Shown here piece by piece: positions 1 through 12,427 of a stretch of 64,000 nt of DNA. The stretch spans positions 37,076,001 through 37,140,000 of the forward strand of contig OX597835.1 of the NCBI GenBank assembly GCA_951406725.2, written 5' to 3'. Each line of letters starts with the position of its first letter. Within the stretch, counting starts at the first letter, position 1. A model generated the notes under the pieces. That model did no database searches. It was given only the letters and a program-made list of their open reading frames with translations, and was not told where the DNA came from. The position numbers and the translations under genes are program-made. This DNA is from Octopus vulgaris (Eukaryota).

Positions 1-195
1 TGTTGTGTGTGTTTATTGAGCAAAAACACCTAAAAGCTCCACGAGGCTCCAGCAGGGGGTGGTGGCCACAACTTTCTCTCACTCTATCTTCCCGTTTCTT
101 GAGTAACGCTGCAATGGAGTGGCATCCCGTCCAGCTGGGGGGAATATATATGCCACAGGAACCAGGCCCATGAGCCTGGCTAGGCTTGAAAAGGG
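1..195 (+). mobile_element. SINE family B body and tail, cut by the window edge
   Basis: tgtgtttattgagcaaaaacacctaaaagctccacgaggctcc matches the copies at 8300-8555 and 58499-58800. Confidence 0.75.
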
Positions 196-681
196 CGACG
201 TTTGTTGTTATATATATATATAAATATATATAGAGAGAGAGAGAGTGAGTGTTTTATTGAAGCTGGAAAACTTCAGAAACAGTTACTCAGGGTTTCCTGT
301 AATCTTCACGCATGGGGACAACGGAGGATACTCCAGCATCAGTTCCAGCACAGTTTCTTGGCTGACTGCCCTTCCTAACACCAACCACTTTTACAGAGTG
401 TGCTGGGTGCTTTTTGCCTGGCTCCAGCACTAGTGAAGTCAGCTTGCAACTTGCAAGACTAAGGGCTGAAACTGAACCCTATAAACAGAATGTGAATAGA
501 AGAAAGAATGAGCCAAGATTCAACTTAAGGGGTCGAGGGAGAGCAAAGCACAGTGAGAGTAAAATATTTATAGTTGGGGAGAGGTTGATAGTGGGGAGAG
601 TTATAGAGAGAACATTATTGAGAAGAGAGTATGGAAGGGACAGAAGAAGGGAATAGATTAATGTCAGGAGATTACAGGTAA

Positions 682-840
682 GTTCACCGTCATCAATTCA
701 TCGCAGGGGTGTTCACTGCCATCAATTCATCGCAGGGGTGTTCACTGCCATCAATTCATCGCAAGGGTGTTCACTGCCATCAATTCATCGCAGGGGTGTT
801 CACTACCATCAATTCACCATGAAGAAAGTTCACTGTGAAC
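682..840 (+). repeat. 29-bp tandem minisatellite (about 5 units)
   Basis: GTTCACTGCCATCAATTCATCGCAGGGGT units start at 682, 711, 740, 769 and 798, with no spacers. Confidence 0.9.
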
Positions 841-953
841 TCTAGAGTTTGAAAATAAGGATTTCTAAAATTCTTTTACTGTGAACTTATCTCTCCGTAA
901 ACTTTTCTTGTAGTGAACATTCCTTATGGTGAATTAATGATGCTGAATATTTC

Positions 954-1396
954 TCTTATATTATTATTATTATTATAATAATAATGGAGTGGTTGTATAC
1001 TGTCAACATAACGTGACAGTCCCGTAAGGGAATTACACCACCACAATTTAGCCCCTAGGACCATCGACGCTTCCTGTCGGCTTTGACACATTTCCCGTGT
1101 CCGTATATTTGCAAAGGGGAGGCAAGCACCCCCACCAGCTAGGACTAGCAACCTGAAGACATGCATGTTTCTGGGTCTTACCTGTCATCAGTCCAGGGTA
1201 GTGAGTCCTGCTAGTTGAGATAGCTGCCCAGCCTTCACAAATATATATATTTACAGTGAAATTTATTCACTGGTCAACATTCAGAATGGTCCTAGGGGCT
1301 AAATTGCGGTGGTGTAATTCCCTTACGGGACTGTCACGTTATGTTGACAGTATACAACCACTCCATTATTATTATTATAATAATAATAATATAAGA
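954..1396. repeat. Near-perfect ~111-bp inverted repeat (954-1064 / 1286-1396) enclosing a hammerhead-bearing element
   Basis: Arms are reverse complements except one substitution in the unique part and a one-triplet shift in the ATT/ATA tract. Confidence 0.95.
1152..1197 (-). ncRNA. Minimal type-I hammerhead ribozyme motif (family H1)
   Basis: Minus strand reads ccugga-CUGAUGA-cagguaagaccca-GAAAC-augcau-GUC-uucagg; helix I pairs; ACAUGCAUGU is palindromic; helix II has two CpG-type mismatches. Confidence 0.75.
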
Positions 1397-1640
1397 AAGC
1401 ATTCAAGGACCCTTAAATGACGTTTGTAAAGGGTCCATGTCTCACATAAGTAAAGGAGCAATGTCAGTACACATGCATGGTACACAGCAATTTTTGTTTG
1501 GTTTGTGATGCCATGCTGGGACCAGACACGAGACTGGAAGGAATCAGTTGCTCTCTGCAACCTGAAAGATATTTCATTATCCAGGGAGCAAGAATGGCTG
1601 AGCGTGCTGCCCAGGTAGAAAGACTTGTCTACCACTTTCA
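1397..1640 (-). mobile_element. RTE-clade LINE ORF2 fragment (post-RT region)
   Basis: YLGSTLS..SLDNEISFRLQRA..RVWSQHGI..TKIAVYHACVLTLLLYLCETWTLY. Confidence 0.85.
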
Positions 1641-2351
1641 GAGGAACAAAAGACAAAGACAGGTATACATACATACATGTATGTATGTATGTGTGTGTGT
1701 ATGTATATATATATATATATAAACAAAAATGAGCTAAGATAAATAAGTGAAAGTGGCATGTATTTGAATGACATAAACAGAGTACTTGTATTTCTTCAGA
1801 GAAGGACAGATGCGAGGGTATTTATGAGGCAAAGAAGCTGTAGGGAGAGGACAGTGAGAAGGAGAGAGGGGGGAGAGAGGGAAACGAGGTAAAGGAGGAG
1901 AGCAGCAAGGAGCTGGATGTGCTACAGTGGTGGCGGTGCAGAACCGAGTGTGAATGCAGTAAAGAAATGTTCAAGGTGGAGAGGCTGTGGTGAAAGGATG
2001 GAGGGAGAAAGAGATAGAAAGGAGGAGTGGATGAATGCAGTGTGAGAAAGAATGGCTAAAGACCAGAGTAGATGGGTGGTGTAATGGTGGGTCACAGAGA
2101 TAAATTGACACAACAGAGATGCCACCCACTACGAACTGAAAAAGATGTGAACTGCACAAAACCAGAGCCAAGTCTTTGCCTTAAATCTCAGCAGGTCACC
2201 AGCACCTGAGCTGCAGCAGAGCCTTCTGAACACACTTCAGACTGATCAGCCACAGCCAGACACACCGTGCCCCACATTCTCATGTCCCATCTGATGTCCT
2301 TGGTCATCATCGACAATAATGGACGAACTGATGATGATAATATTAATAATA

Positions 2352-3122
2352 ATAATGGTTTCAATTTTTGCCACAAGGGCAGTAATATTGAGGGAGAAGA
2401 TGAGTCAATTACATCAACCCCAGTACGCAACTGAGACTTAATTTATCGACCCTGAAAGGATGAAAAACAAAGTTGACCTCTGCAGAATTTGAACTCAGAA
2501 CAGAAGGACGGACAAAATACCACTAAGCATTTCACCGAATAATGATAATAATGGTTTTGCCACAAGGAGAGCAGTTTTGGGGGAGAGGATGTGTCGATTA
2601 CATTGACCCCAGTGTTCAACTGGTACTTATTTTACTGACCCCGAATGGATGAAATGTAAAGTTGACCTTGGCAGAAATTGAACTCAGAACGTAAGGACAG
2701 ATGAAATGCATTTTGCCCGGTTGTTAACAATTCTGCCAGCTCACCAAATACTTTCTATGACAGGTGCAAGGCCTGAAATTTTGGCGGAAGAGGGCTAGTC
2801 GATTACATTGACCTCAGTATTTCACTGGTACTTAATTTATTGGCCCCTGAAAGGATGAAAGGCAAAGTCAACCTCGGCAGTATTTGAACTCAGATTGTGA
2901 AGATGGATAAAATACTGCAAAGCATTTTGCCCAGCTTAATAATGATTCTGTCGGCTCATTTACTTCTAATGGTTTCAAATTTTGGCACAAGACCAGCAAT
3001 TTCGGGGGTGGAGAGTAAGTCAGTTACATCCACCCCAGTGCTGAACTGGTACCTATTTTATCAATCCTGAGAGGATGATAGGTAGGGTGGACCTCAGCAT
3101 GCTAATGATTCTGCCAGTTCAC
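2352..3122 (-). mobile_element. Tandem run of about 4 decayed SINE D-type copies
   Basis: Repeated gattacatcgaccccagt...ttatcgacccc-gaaaggatgaaaggcaaagt(t/c)gacctcggcagaatttgaactcagaac blocks about 200 bp apart. Confidence 0.8.
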
Positions 3123-3519
3123 CAAAGGTAAGGTTAGGTGTTGGGTGGCAGTAGAGGTGATCCAGGTGATCCAGAGCTAGAATGTATTGGATGAGTGGGG
3201 TATGTGGTGTGGTGAGGTAGTCTAATACAGCCTCCTTTATGTTGGTGGAGAGAAGAGTAGAAAGGTGAGGAGTTTAGACTAAGAGTAAAATGCCTGATGT
3301 GGTCGGCACATATGGTGGAAAGATGAGAGATGGGCAGGGTGTTGACCCGTCTGGGTGATGAAGAACTACAAGTGTCATGGAAGAGATATTGAATAATTAA
3401 TATATAAGTGGGTGTGTGAAGATGTAAAGGGAGCAGAACAGTAACGTAGGTTCGGAAGTAATGTATGTGTGTGTGTGCGTATGTGTTTGTGTGTACATGT
3501 CTATATATCTTCTCACAGT

Positions 3520-3567
3520 GTCTCCGATGAAGGGATATGATAAATATCCTAGAAACAGCTGTAAGAC
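3520..3567 (+). ncRNA. Minimal hammerhead motif (family H2), core U4>C
   Basis: gucu-CCGAUGA-agggauau..auauccua-GAAAC-agcu-GUA-agac; flanks match the copy at 35410-35540. Confidence 0.7.
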
Positions 3568-3632
3568 CTATTTATAAATATTCTAAAATCTACACAGCCT
3601 TGGTTTTTTATCTCATTACAGCAAAAAAAAAA

Positions 3633-3664
<32 letters not shown>

Positions 3665-4174
3665 GGAAGGGACAGGCTTCTTTCAGTTTTGATCTGCCAA
3701 ATTCACTCAGAAGACCTTGCTCAAATGGAGGCTTTAGTTGAAGACGCTTGCTTCAGGTACCACATAGTACGACTGAACCCAGGACCAAGTGGTCTGGAAG
3801 CAAACATTTTACCACAGAGCCACATATGAAATACACACACATATATATATACATACATGCATGCGTACATACATAAAACATACAAATCTTCACATATACA
3901 TACATAAACATGTGCGCATGTATATGTATATATTATAGCTTCTAAAACACTGCCCCTATGTCAAGTTAACGAGGCTGATTTAACCAAGAGTACTCTTTTA
4001 ATCCCACTCTGAGGATTAGCTGTAGAAATATATAACTTGAGTTACTTCCCTCTAAATAATTTCCTCCCTTACAAAAATCCAACAATTTACAAGGGAGACA
4101 ATTAATGAATAATCAGAAGGGGTCATTTCCCTTGAAAATTTTAATTTTGCTGAGATCTTTTTCTAAATATTTTT

Positions 4175-4361
4175 TATTTACTTCAGTCTACGGCCACGCT
4201 GGAGCACCGCCTTGAATGGTTTAGTCGAGCAAATCGACACCAGTACTTATTCAAATTTAATCGGTCTCTTGCAAAAAAGCTCAGCTTCACGAGTGTAAAA
4301 CAAACCAACACCATTAAGTAATGGCGAACAAATAGACATACATACCTACACACACACACAC

Positions 4362-4396
<35 letters not shown>

Positions 4397-5142
4397 CACA
4401 CAACACACACACACACACACACACACACAACGCACAACACACACACACACACTCAAAGATGGCCTTCAACAGAGTTTCTTTCCACAAAATCCTGGGCTGA
4501 AACTATAATGGATGACATTTGGCTGAGGTGTCGCGCGGTAGAGTGGAAGTGGATGGCTTAGTAGTTACAGTGTTGGACTCATGATCGTAAGATTGTGGTT
4601 TCAGTTCTTGGACTGGGCAATGCATTGTGTTCTTGAGCAAAACACTTCATTTCATGTTGCTCCTGTCCATTCAGCTGAGTAATCCTCAAAATGAGTAATC
4701 CTGCGATGGACTGGCATCCCATCCAGGTGTGGAATTTATACGCCACAAAACCAGGAAATTGGCCCTTATGAGTCAGCATGACTAGAGAAGGTAACTTTAC
4801 CTTTCTGTGAAGGAGCGATGCTTAGTGGTTAGGGTGTTAGACTTATGATCGTAAGATTGTGGTTTCGATTCCTGGACTGGGCGATGTGTTGTGATCTTGA
4901 GCAAGACACTTCATTTCGTGTTGCTCCAGTCCTCTAAGCTGGCAAAAATGAGTAATCCTGCTTTGAACCGGTGTCCCATCCAAGTGGGGTATTTATATGC
5001 CATGAAACTGGGAAAATGGCCCTTATGAGTCAAGAAGATGACTTTACCTTTTTTGTGGAAACCTTCCTTATGAGTCGGCATGACTCAACAAGGTAACTTT
5101 GCCCTTTACCATGCAATGGAACCGAACCTAAAACGATGTGGT
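4175..5142 (-). mobile_element. Decayed SINE A copy interrupted by tandem SINE C copies
   Basis: A tail/body at 4175-4540; A head remnant at 5110-5142. Confidence 0.6.
4545..5105 (+). mobile_element. Two tandem tRNA-headed SINE C copies plus a duplicated tail
   Basis: A-box tggcttagt(a/g)gtta and B-box gtttcgattcc; core tgtgttcttgagcaaaacacttcatttc; tail ggcccttatgagtcagcatgact..aaggtaactttaccttt. Confidence 0.85.
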
Positions 5143-5444
5143 ATTAACATGGTCTGCCATTAGAAAAACAGTTATGTCTGCACTTGCAGATTTTTTAAGA
5201 ATGTGGAGCTTCAGCAATTATGATTTATGGTCAGTCATGGACAGAGTGTGGCCCAGAGAGTTTTTGGAATAATATGGCTAATGAAAAATTGCTTCAAATT
5301 GCTTTAGTAGTGCAACCTACCTCATGTGGCCCACTTCTCAAAAATGGTTGCCCATGCCTGGCATAAAGCAACGAGGCTTTTATGAGTATTGCTTTGTAAC
5401 ATTACTCTTGTGGTATTACTCCTTTAAACATTAATCTTTTTCAA

Positions 5445-5482
5445 TTAATTCCATAGCCTCATCAGTGAGGCTATGGAATTAA
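5445..5482. repeat. Perfect 17-bp-arm hairpin
   Basis: TTAATTCCATAGCCTCA-TCAG-TGAGGCTATGGAATTAA. Confidence 0.9.
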
Positions 5483-5544
5483 CCAAAATGGTCCCTGTCA
5501 GTACATATGTATAGAATATTAGAACTTTTTAGTTTTTATTTAAT

Positions 5545-5840
5545 AATAAAAATAATAATAATGAAATTATTGTATACAATGCTCAGGTGCACCACAACTT
5601 GTCAGAAAGTGCGTATAGAGTATATGCAGTAATGTACAATTGTCTAGGAAGTGAACAGTGTATGAGTCAGATACATGCTTGCGTGTGTATGGAGGGGAGA
5701 AAATCAGGTGTAGTGTTGGCGAATCTCAGAAAGCATGGAAGTTTTGAAGGATGCAGTGCTCCGACAACTAACAACTGATGCCGGCAGTTTGTTCCATGCT
5801 TCAGCAACTCTCAGCGTGAAAAAATGTTTCCTAAAGTCAT
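5545..5840 (-). mobile_element. CR1-clade LINE 3' end
   Basis: Minus-strand DFRKHFFTLRVAEAWNKLPASVVSCRSTASFKTSMLSEIRQHYT*, then a 3' UTR and (ATT)n tail. Confidence 0.85.
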
Positions 5841-6278
5841 TTCTAGCAATGTAGGTATTCTAGCACACTAGTCATATTTACTGACAATTATAGTTTTCCT
5901 TTTTGGAAAAAAACTTTTCATACTACTGTCTATATTAAATTATTGTACACACATTAGCAATTCTCTATATCATCCATAGATTTTTATGGTGAATACATAT
6001 GTATTGACAAAGAAGCAAGTCCAGAAAAAGCCAAGTCAAGCTGTCCCTACTGACAAAGCTATGGAATTAGCCGAAACTGACTGATCAGTAAAGAGAATTC
6101 TCGACTAGTGTTTCCAGGCAATTACAGTCCCTGTCAGTACATATGTATACAATAATGTGCTTTAATCATAGCATTAGAACATTTTAGCTCTTATTTCTAG
6201 CAATGTAGGTGTGCTAGAAGCCTAGTCATATTTAGAAACAATTATAGTTTTCCTTTTTGGTAAAACATTACACATGGC

Positions 6279-6311
<33 letters not shown>

Positions 6312-6313
<2 letters not shown>

Positions 6314-6763
6314 AGGCACAATGGCCCGGTGGTTAGGGTAGTGGGCTTGCGGTTGTAGGATCGCGGTTTTGATTCCCAGACTGGGCATTGTGAGTGTTTA
6401 TTGAGTGAAAACACCTAAAAGCAGGGTGGCGTCATTTGAAGGCTAAAACAATGCGAAGTGCATCGTGACCAGCGATGTGTAGCAACATCTGATAGCCTAG
6501 TCAGTCACAGTAATCACAGTGATACATATATATATGTGGAGGCACAATAGCCCAGTGGTGAGGGCAGTGGACTCGCACTTGTAGGATCAGTTTCGATTCC
6601 CAGACCGGGTGTTGTGAGTGTTTATTGAGCGAAAGCACCTAAAAGCTCACTCTTTCTTGTTGGCCTGCTCACTTAGCCAGTGGGGTGGCATCATTTGAAG
6701 GTTAAGACAACGCGAAGCGCATTGTGACCAGTGATAGCCTGGTCAGTCATGGTGATCACGGTG

Positions 6764-6765
<2 letters not shown>
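6312..6765 (+). mobile_element. Two tandem SINE B copies with internal deletions
   Basis: ggaggcacaat(g/a)gccc(g/a)gtggt(t/g)aggg... tRNA-like heads at 6312 and 6538; tail gatagcctggtcagtca.ggtgatcac. Confidence 0.85.
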
Positions 6766-6813
<48 letters not shown>

Positions 6814-6815
<2 letters not shown>

Positions 6816-7330
6816 TGGTACCTTGACTTATGAGTGTCCCAACTAAAGAGGTTTTTGAGATATCAGCCATCTCTTGGCTGAATTTTTGCTTTGAGTTGCA
6901 AGCTAAAATTCAGGTTACAACCCAGCTTCAGACACCCCACTGCTAATTGGTATAGTGAACGCCAAATTGAATGCCATAACATCTGCCCAGTATCCCGTGT
7001 CTCACTTGATAGCTAGACAGAAATACATGTTAACAAGTGTAAAAGACCATTAGTAAATCGATAGCTAGACAGGCATGCACGCCAGGAAGTGCAAAGATCA
7101 TTAGTGGATCGTTAGCTAGACGGGTGGTAAAATGCTTACTTAATTGTTTCAGGCTACAGAAGCATCGATGTTGTGCTTTTAATTGAGCTTTAAGTGTTTT
7201 TTGTAGGGCCTGGAATGGATTATTGGCATTTCAAGTCATTTCAATGGGGAAAACTGATTTGATGTATGAGTAATTTGAGTTACAAGCTCCATCACAGAAT
7301 GAATTAAAATTGTAACTCAAGGTACCACTG
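6814..7330. mobile_element. Tc1/mariner (Tigger/pogo-like) non-autonomous element
   Basis: TIRs AGTGGTACCTTGA.. / ..TCAAGGTACCACTG; internal ~51-bp direct repeats at 7009-7125. Confidence 0.65.
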
Positions 7331-7494
7331 TGCATCGTCATCGTCAATGTCAACGTCAATGTCAATGTCATCATCATTTAGTGTCTGTTGTCCATACTGG
7401 CATGGGTTGGACAGCTGGAAGGCTGCACCAGGATCCCATCTGATTTGGCATGGTTTTCTACGGCTGGAGGCCAACAAGACTCAACAAGACACGA

Positions 7495-7910
7495 CGGCAA
7501 GTTGGCAGAAATGTTAGCAAGCCAGGCGAAATGCTTGGCGGTATTTCATCTGCCGTTATGTTCTGAGTTCAAATTCTGCCGAGGTCGACTTAGCCTTTCA
7601 TCCTTTCGGGGTCAATTAAATAAGTACCAGTTATGCACTGGGTCAGTGTAATCGACTTAATCCGGTTGTCTGTCCTTGTTTGTCCCTTCTGTGTTTAGCT
7701 CCTTGTGGGTAGTAAAGAAATAGGTATTTCGTCTGCCGTTACGTTCTGAGTTCAAATTCCGCCGAGGTCGACTTAGCCTTTCATCCTTTCGGGGTCGATT
7801 AAATACGTACCAGTTATGCACTGGGTCGATGTAATCGACTTAATCCCTTTGTTTGTCCTTGTTTATCCCCTCTATGTTCAGCCCCTTGTGGCAATAAAGA
7901 AATAAGAAAT
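7495..7910 (+). mobile_element. SINE D with tandemly duplicated body
   Basis: Head ggcaagttggcagaaatgttagc; gttcaaatt(c/t)..ccgaggtcgacttagcctttcatcctttcggggtc occurs twice. Confidence 0.9.
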
Positions 7911-7911
7911 A

Positions 7912-8203
7912 GGTCTCAGCACTTTCTTGCAACAATCTTGTGGCCCAAGAATGGATATCAGACAACCTTTAGAATCAGGCAACACTAAACTTTCCAACCA
8001 TGCCAGAATAAAATCAAACGAACTTTTGGAGCATTGTTGGAAGGAAGACTAATTAACATCTCCACAATACCACAGTTTTCCTGAAGGCTACCATTGTCCA
8101 GATGATGTCTGAAATGCATGAGGACCATTTAGCAGAGATATGTCAAGGATTCCAGTCCTGCATTGAATCAGTCATCAAAGCTGAAGGTAGATTCATAGAA
8201 TAA
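7912..8203 (+). pseudogene. Degenerate maT/mariner-like transposase C-terminus
   Basis: QEWISDNL..FWSIVGRKTN..CQGFQSCIESVIKAEGRFIE*. Confidence 0.6.
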
Positions 8204-8299
8204 TCTTAAAAGAAAGCTTATTGAGATCATGTACACTGGTTTTTTATTAAAACTACTTTTGGTTTCTACTAGATTAGACTAGTTAAATTACCAGATATG

Positions 8300-8555
8300 T
8301 TCTCAGTGGTTAGGGCAGTGGACCTACGGTCGGAGGATCGCAGTTTCGATTCCCAGACCAGGCGTTGTGTGTGTTTATTGAGCAAAAACACCTAAAAGCT
8401 CCATGAGGCTCTGGCAGGGGGGTGGTAGCAATTCCTGTTGTACTCTTTCACCACAACTTTCTCTCACTCTCCCTTCCTATTTCTTGAGTAACGCTGCGAT
8501 GGAGTGGCGTCCCGTCCAGCTGGGGGGAATACATACGACACAGAAACCAGGCCCA
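8300..8555 (+). mobile_element. SINE B copy
   Basis: cagtggttagggcagtggac..gtttcgattcccagacc head; tail gctgcgatggagtggcgtcccgtccagctgggggg. Confidence 0.85.
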
Positions 8556-8611
8556 TTTCTCACATTCTGTGTGTACACATACGTGTGTGTATGTGTGTGT
8601 GTGTGTGTGTG

Positions 8612-10457
8612 TCTGATGCTTGTGTGCAGATGGCTATACTCCATGCAAGTGAGACATTGGCTCTGAATGCAGAAGACATGCATAGACTGGAGAGAAATAG
8701 AGGTACTGTGCTCCGTTGGATGTGTAACATCAGTACACATGTACAGCAAAGTGCAAATGTATTGAGAGAAAAGTTGATCATAAGAGGAATCAAATGTAGC
8801 ATGCAAGAGGGAAGACTACGTTGGTTTGGACATGTGATGCATATGAATGAGCACAGATGCATAAAGAAGTGCCAATCACTGATAGTGGATGGAATCCACA
8901 GAAGAGGGAGACCCAGGAAGACATGGGATGAAGTGGTAAGGACCGATCTCGGGATGTTGGGTCTCATGGAGGAAATAACAATGGACCAAGAAGTCTGGCG
9001 ATATGAAGTTCTTGAGAAGACCTGCTTACATCAGCAAAACTGAATTCTAGAAGCACTGTGTGCCCCACCTTCACTTAACAAGAAATCTTCTCACATACTT
9101 TACCACAACAAACCAAACTACCTCTCTACATCTCTTCGCTTCCTCACATTTCCACTTCATGCCCTAGGCTTACCTCACACTCCCCAAGTCCTGTCCTTCT
9201 GGCCCTGCTCCACTGTATCATTGCTTTCTGCTAGCCCCCCCGACCTGTGTCCCACCCACATATAACAAGTAAACTTTTCACATACCCTACCCCATCAAAC
9301 CAATCTACACCTCCACATCTCTTCTCTTCCTCACATTTCCTCCTTCATACACCCTGCCAACCTCTCACTCCCCAAACCTATCCTCATGGCCCTGTTCCTC
9401 TGTATCATTGCTATCTGGTAGTTCCCCTACCCCAACTCTTTATATACCCAGGTTTTTGCCACTTATTCCACCTCTTCTGCACTCTCTAATCATGCTTCTT
9501 TCACAATTTCCTGCCACTTATATTATGGTGTTTGAACCTCAAGAGTATGCCCTGGCCCTGGCCACCATCTATATCTCTCTCTGCCTTTACTCAACCATCC
9601 CATTTATAATCTGATCTCCATCTCTTGTGAGTATACCTGGTATTTTGCCACCATCTCTATCCTGCTGTCTCCCATTCATTCTTTCCTTCTCCTGCTCTTC
9701 CCTCAGGTTGGGTAACCATATATTTCCTTTATGGTAGCACACCTTTTTCTGTCTTCATTCCTGATCTCTCTCTCTCTTTCCAGCCAGGTAACCTTGTACA
9801 TCATCTACAGCAAGACACTTGTTTCTGTCTCTCTGTCTCACTATAATCTTTCATCATCTGACACAAGATCCATTTCTTTACTACCCACAAGGGGCTAAAT
9901 ACAGAGAGGACAAACAAGGACAGACAAATGGATTAAGTCGATTACATCAGCCCCAGTGCATAACTGGTACTTAATTTATCGACCCCGAAAGGATGAAAGG
10001 CAAAGTCGACCTCGGCGGAATTTGAACTCAGAACGTAACAGCAGATGAAATACGGCTACGCATTTCGCCCAGTGTGCTAACGTTTCTGCCAGCTCGCCGC
10101 CTCCAATGCCCCCTCCACTCTTGAAAGTTATTTTTGTTTTGTCTTGCAGGTTACTTGGTGACCCTGTCAGGGCAGGTGTCATTTAAACCACATCCAGTCC
10201 ACACTGTAAAGTGGTTGGTGTTTGGAAGGGCATCCAGCTGTAAAAACCTTGCTAAAACTGACCTTGCCGATGCTTGTGCCATGTAAAAAACACTAAGTCC
10301 ACTCTGCTGAGTGGTTGGTGTTCGGAAGGGCATCCAGCTGTAAAAACCTTGCCAAAACAGTCACAGAAGTCTGGTATAGGCTTCTGCTTGGCTGGCTCTT
10401 GTGAAACCGTTCCACGCATGCTAGCATGGAAGGTGGACATTAAATGATGATGATGAT
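8612..10457 (+). mobile_element. 5'-truncated RTE LINE: ORF2 C-terminus, long 3' UTR and (GAT)n tail
   Basis: LHASETLAL..LRWMCN..GRLRWFGHVMHM..RRGRPRKTWDEVVRTDL to the stop at 9043; ends gaagggcatccagctgtaaaaac..gacattaaatgatgatgatgat; SINE D inserted at 9873-10100. Confidence 0.85.
9873..10100 (-). mobile_element. Full-length SINE D
   Basis: Minus strand ggcggcgagctggcagaaacgttagc..gttcaaattccgccgaggtcgac..gccccttgtgggtagtaaagaaat. Confidence 0.9.
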
Positions 10458-10649
10458 AATACCACATACTCACACATACACACACATACATACATCTACA
10501 TACACATATATACATGCATACATGCATTCACACACATGCATTCAAAGTCGACCTCGGCAGAATTTGAACTCAGAATGTAATGGCAGACGAAATACTGGCA
10601 AGCATTTCGTCCGACGTGCTAACGTTTCTGCCAGCTCACCTGCAACACC

Positions 10650-11934
10650 TCTGTGATCACTTCAGACTGGCCAGCGTGACAATTCGCAAGAACAGTGGCA
10701 CTGGACAGTGACCCATCAGTGACAATATGGCATATGGCACGATATTGACTGGCCACCAACAATATGCGTTGCCATCATCAAGCTCAAGGGCCTGTCCTCA
10801 CCGCATGCCCCCATTAGGCATGACTAGAATAGGCTACAACATCAACAATGGAGGTTGATAGTCTTCCCTGATGAGAGCCTCTACTGCATTTCCACCTCGG
10901 ATGGCAGAATGAGTCATGGAGAGAGATGTATGGGGTGGCCAAGGCATCATGGTTTGGGGTGCTATAGGCCTGAATCAGAGAATTGGGCCCCATGTGTTCC
11001 AAAGTGTTGGTGCAGGCAGAGGGAATGACATCACAGTGCAGCACTACGTTGACCATATCTGAAGACCTGGACCTTATCAAAGAAGCTTGAGAGGTGGTTG
11101 GATGGAACCTACACTCGCCTCCTCATGAGAGCTCAAAATCTCTTGTGGAAGCATCATCCAACCAAAGTACAAATATATGGGAAACTACCACCAGTATCAT
11201 CTTTTGTGAAAGGTAGAAGAGTCCAGTTTGCTGGACATTGTCGTAGAGCTGAAAACGAGGTAATTTCTACTCTTTTCCTCTGGAAGCCATCTGTTCGCCA
11301 TACCAGAGGGTGCACACTCTCCTATCCTGATGTAATCTCCAGGGATACAGGCATCCAGCAACAGGACTTCCGTAATGCTATGGTGGACCATGAAGTCTGG
11401 CGTAACATAGCAAATTCCATTGTCTCAACCACAGTCGAACAATGATGATGATAAGACCTTACATCATACCCTTCTTCATATGTTACCATAGCCATAGCCA
11501 CACATTCCAGCAGGACAATACTCCATCCCACATGGCCAGGGTCATCATGGACCTCTTGCATCAGCACAATATCAGAACCATGTTGTGGCTGGCTCTCAGC
11601 CTGGATTTGAACCCAATTGAACACCTGTGGGATGAAATCGAAAGACAGCTGAACCAGGTGGTCCCAAGGTCAACAACTCGTGTGGAACTGGAGGTAGCTT
11701 TCATCAGGGTGTGGGCACAGGTGCCAATAGCTTTCATGAATTGCTTCATGCACTCCATGTATCGATGGTGTATGGCAATTTTGAACACACAGGGAGGGCA
11801 TACAGCAACCCATATTGGTCAAAGTGCATCCAAGAAATTGACTTAATCAAATTTATCAAAATTTATCTCTGACATAATGAAATTAAAACATATTTCAGTC
11901 ACACACGTCTCACACTTCTTTTTGCGGTTCAGTG
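10650..11934 (+). mobile_element. Tc1-family (DD34E) transposon relic split by a LINE insertion
   Basis: GGQGIMVWGAIG..; FQQDN(34 aa)PIEHLW with SLDLNPIE; GGHT; right end ..ttcagtg followed by TA. Confidence 0.9.
11069..11452 (+). mobile_element. 5'-truncated RTE/RTEX-group LINE with 7-bp TSD
   Basis: LDGTYTRLL..RRVQFAGHCRRAENE..LWKPS; (TGA)n tail; TSD AAGACCT at 11062-11068 and 11453-11459. Confidence 0.85.
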
Positions 11935-12023
11935 TATGTATATATATATATATATACATACATACATATATATATGTATATATATGTATATATACTTATA
12001 TAAATCTATATATATGTATATAT

Positions 12024-12108
<85 letters not shown>

Positions 12109-12379
12109 TATATATACATATATTAGTATTAATAATGATCAGGAAAATGGAGGTTTTTGCCACATCTATAAATCTATTAAACAGTTATTTACAGCATTCT
12201 TTCATAGACCTACATGTGTTTCAACTGCATCGACTTCACACTGTTAGATATGCAACCTCCTGGTGCTATTTTCTGTACAGTTTCATCAGAGTCCATTATT
12301 TACTGCCATTTGAAGTTAAGCTGAAGGAATCAGCAAGCCGAGTGAATAAAGTGTTTGTTAGGAGATAAATGTGTGTGTG

Positions 12380-12424
<45 letters not shown>

Positions 12425-12427
<3 letters not shown>

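Noticed and set aside
682-840. CRISPR-like 29-bp repeats
   Set aside because: Units are contiguous with no unique spacers, there are no cas genes, and the context is eukaryotic
2130-2340. Possible RTE 3' end (gtcatcatcgacaataatggacgaactgatgat)
   Set aside because: Tail is suggestive but the upstream translation is not recognisable
3130-3440. Possible PLE RT remnant on minus strand (RRVNTLP..FTLSLNS)
   Set aside because: Only weak, frameshifted resemblance
5232-5360. Small hAT MITE (cagtcatggac../..gttgcccatgcctg)
   Set aside because: Left TIR is degenerate and there is no TSD
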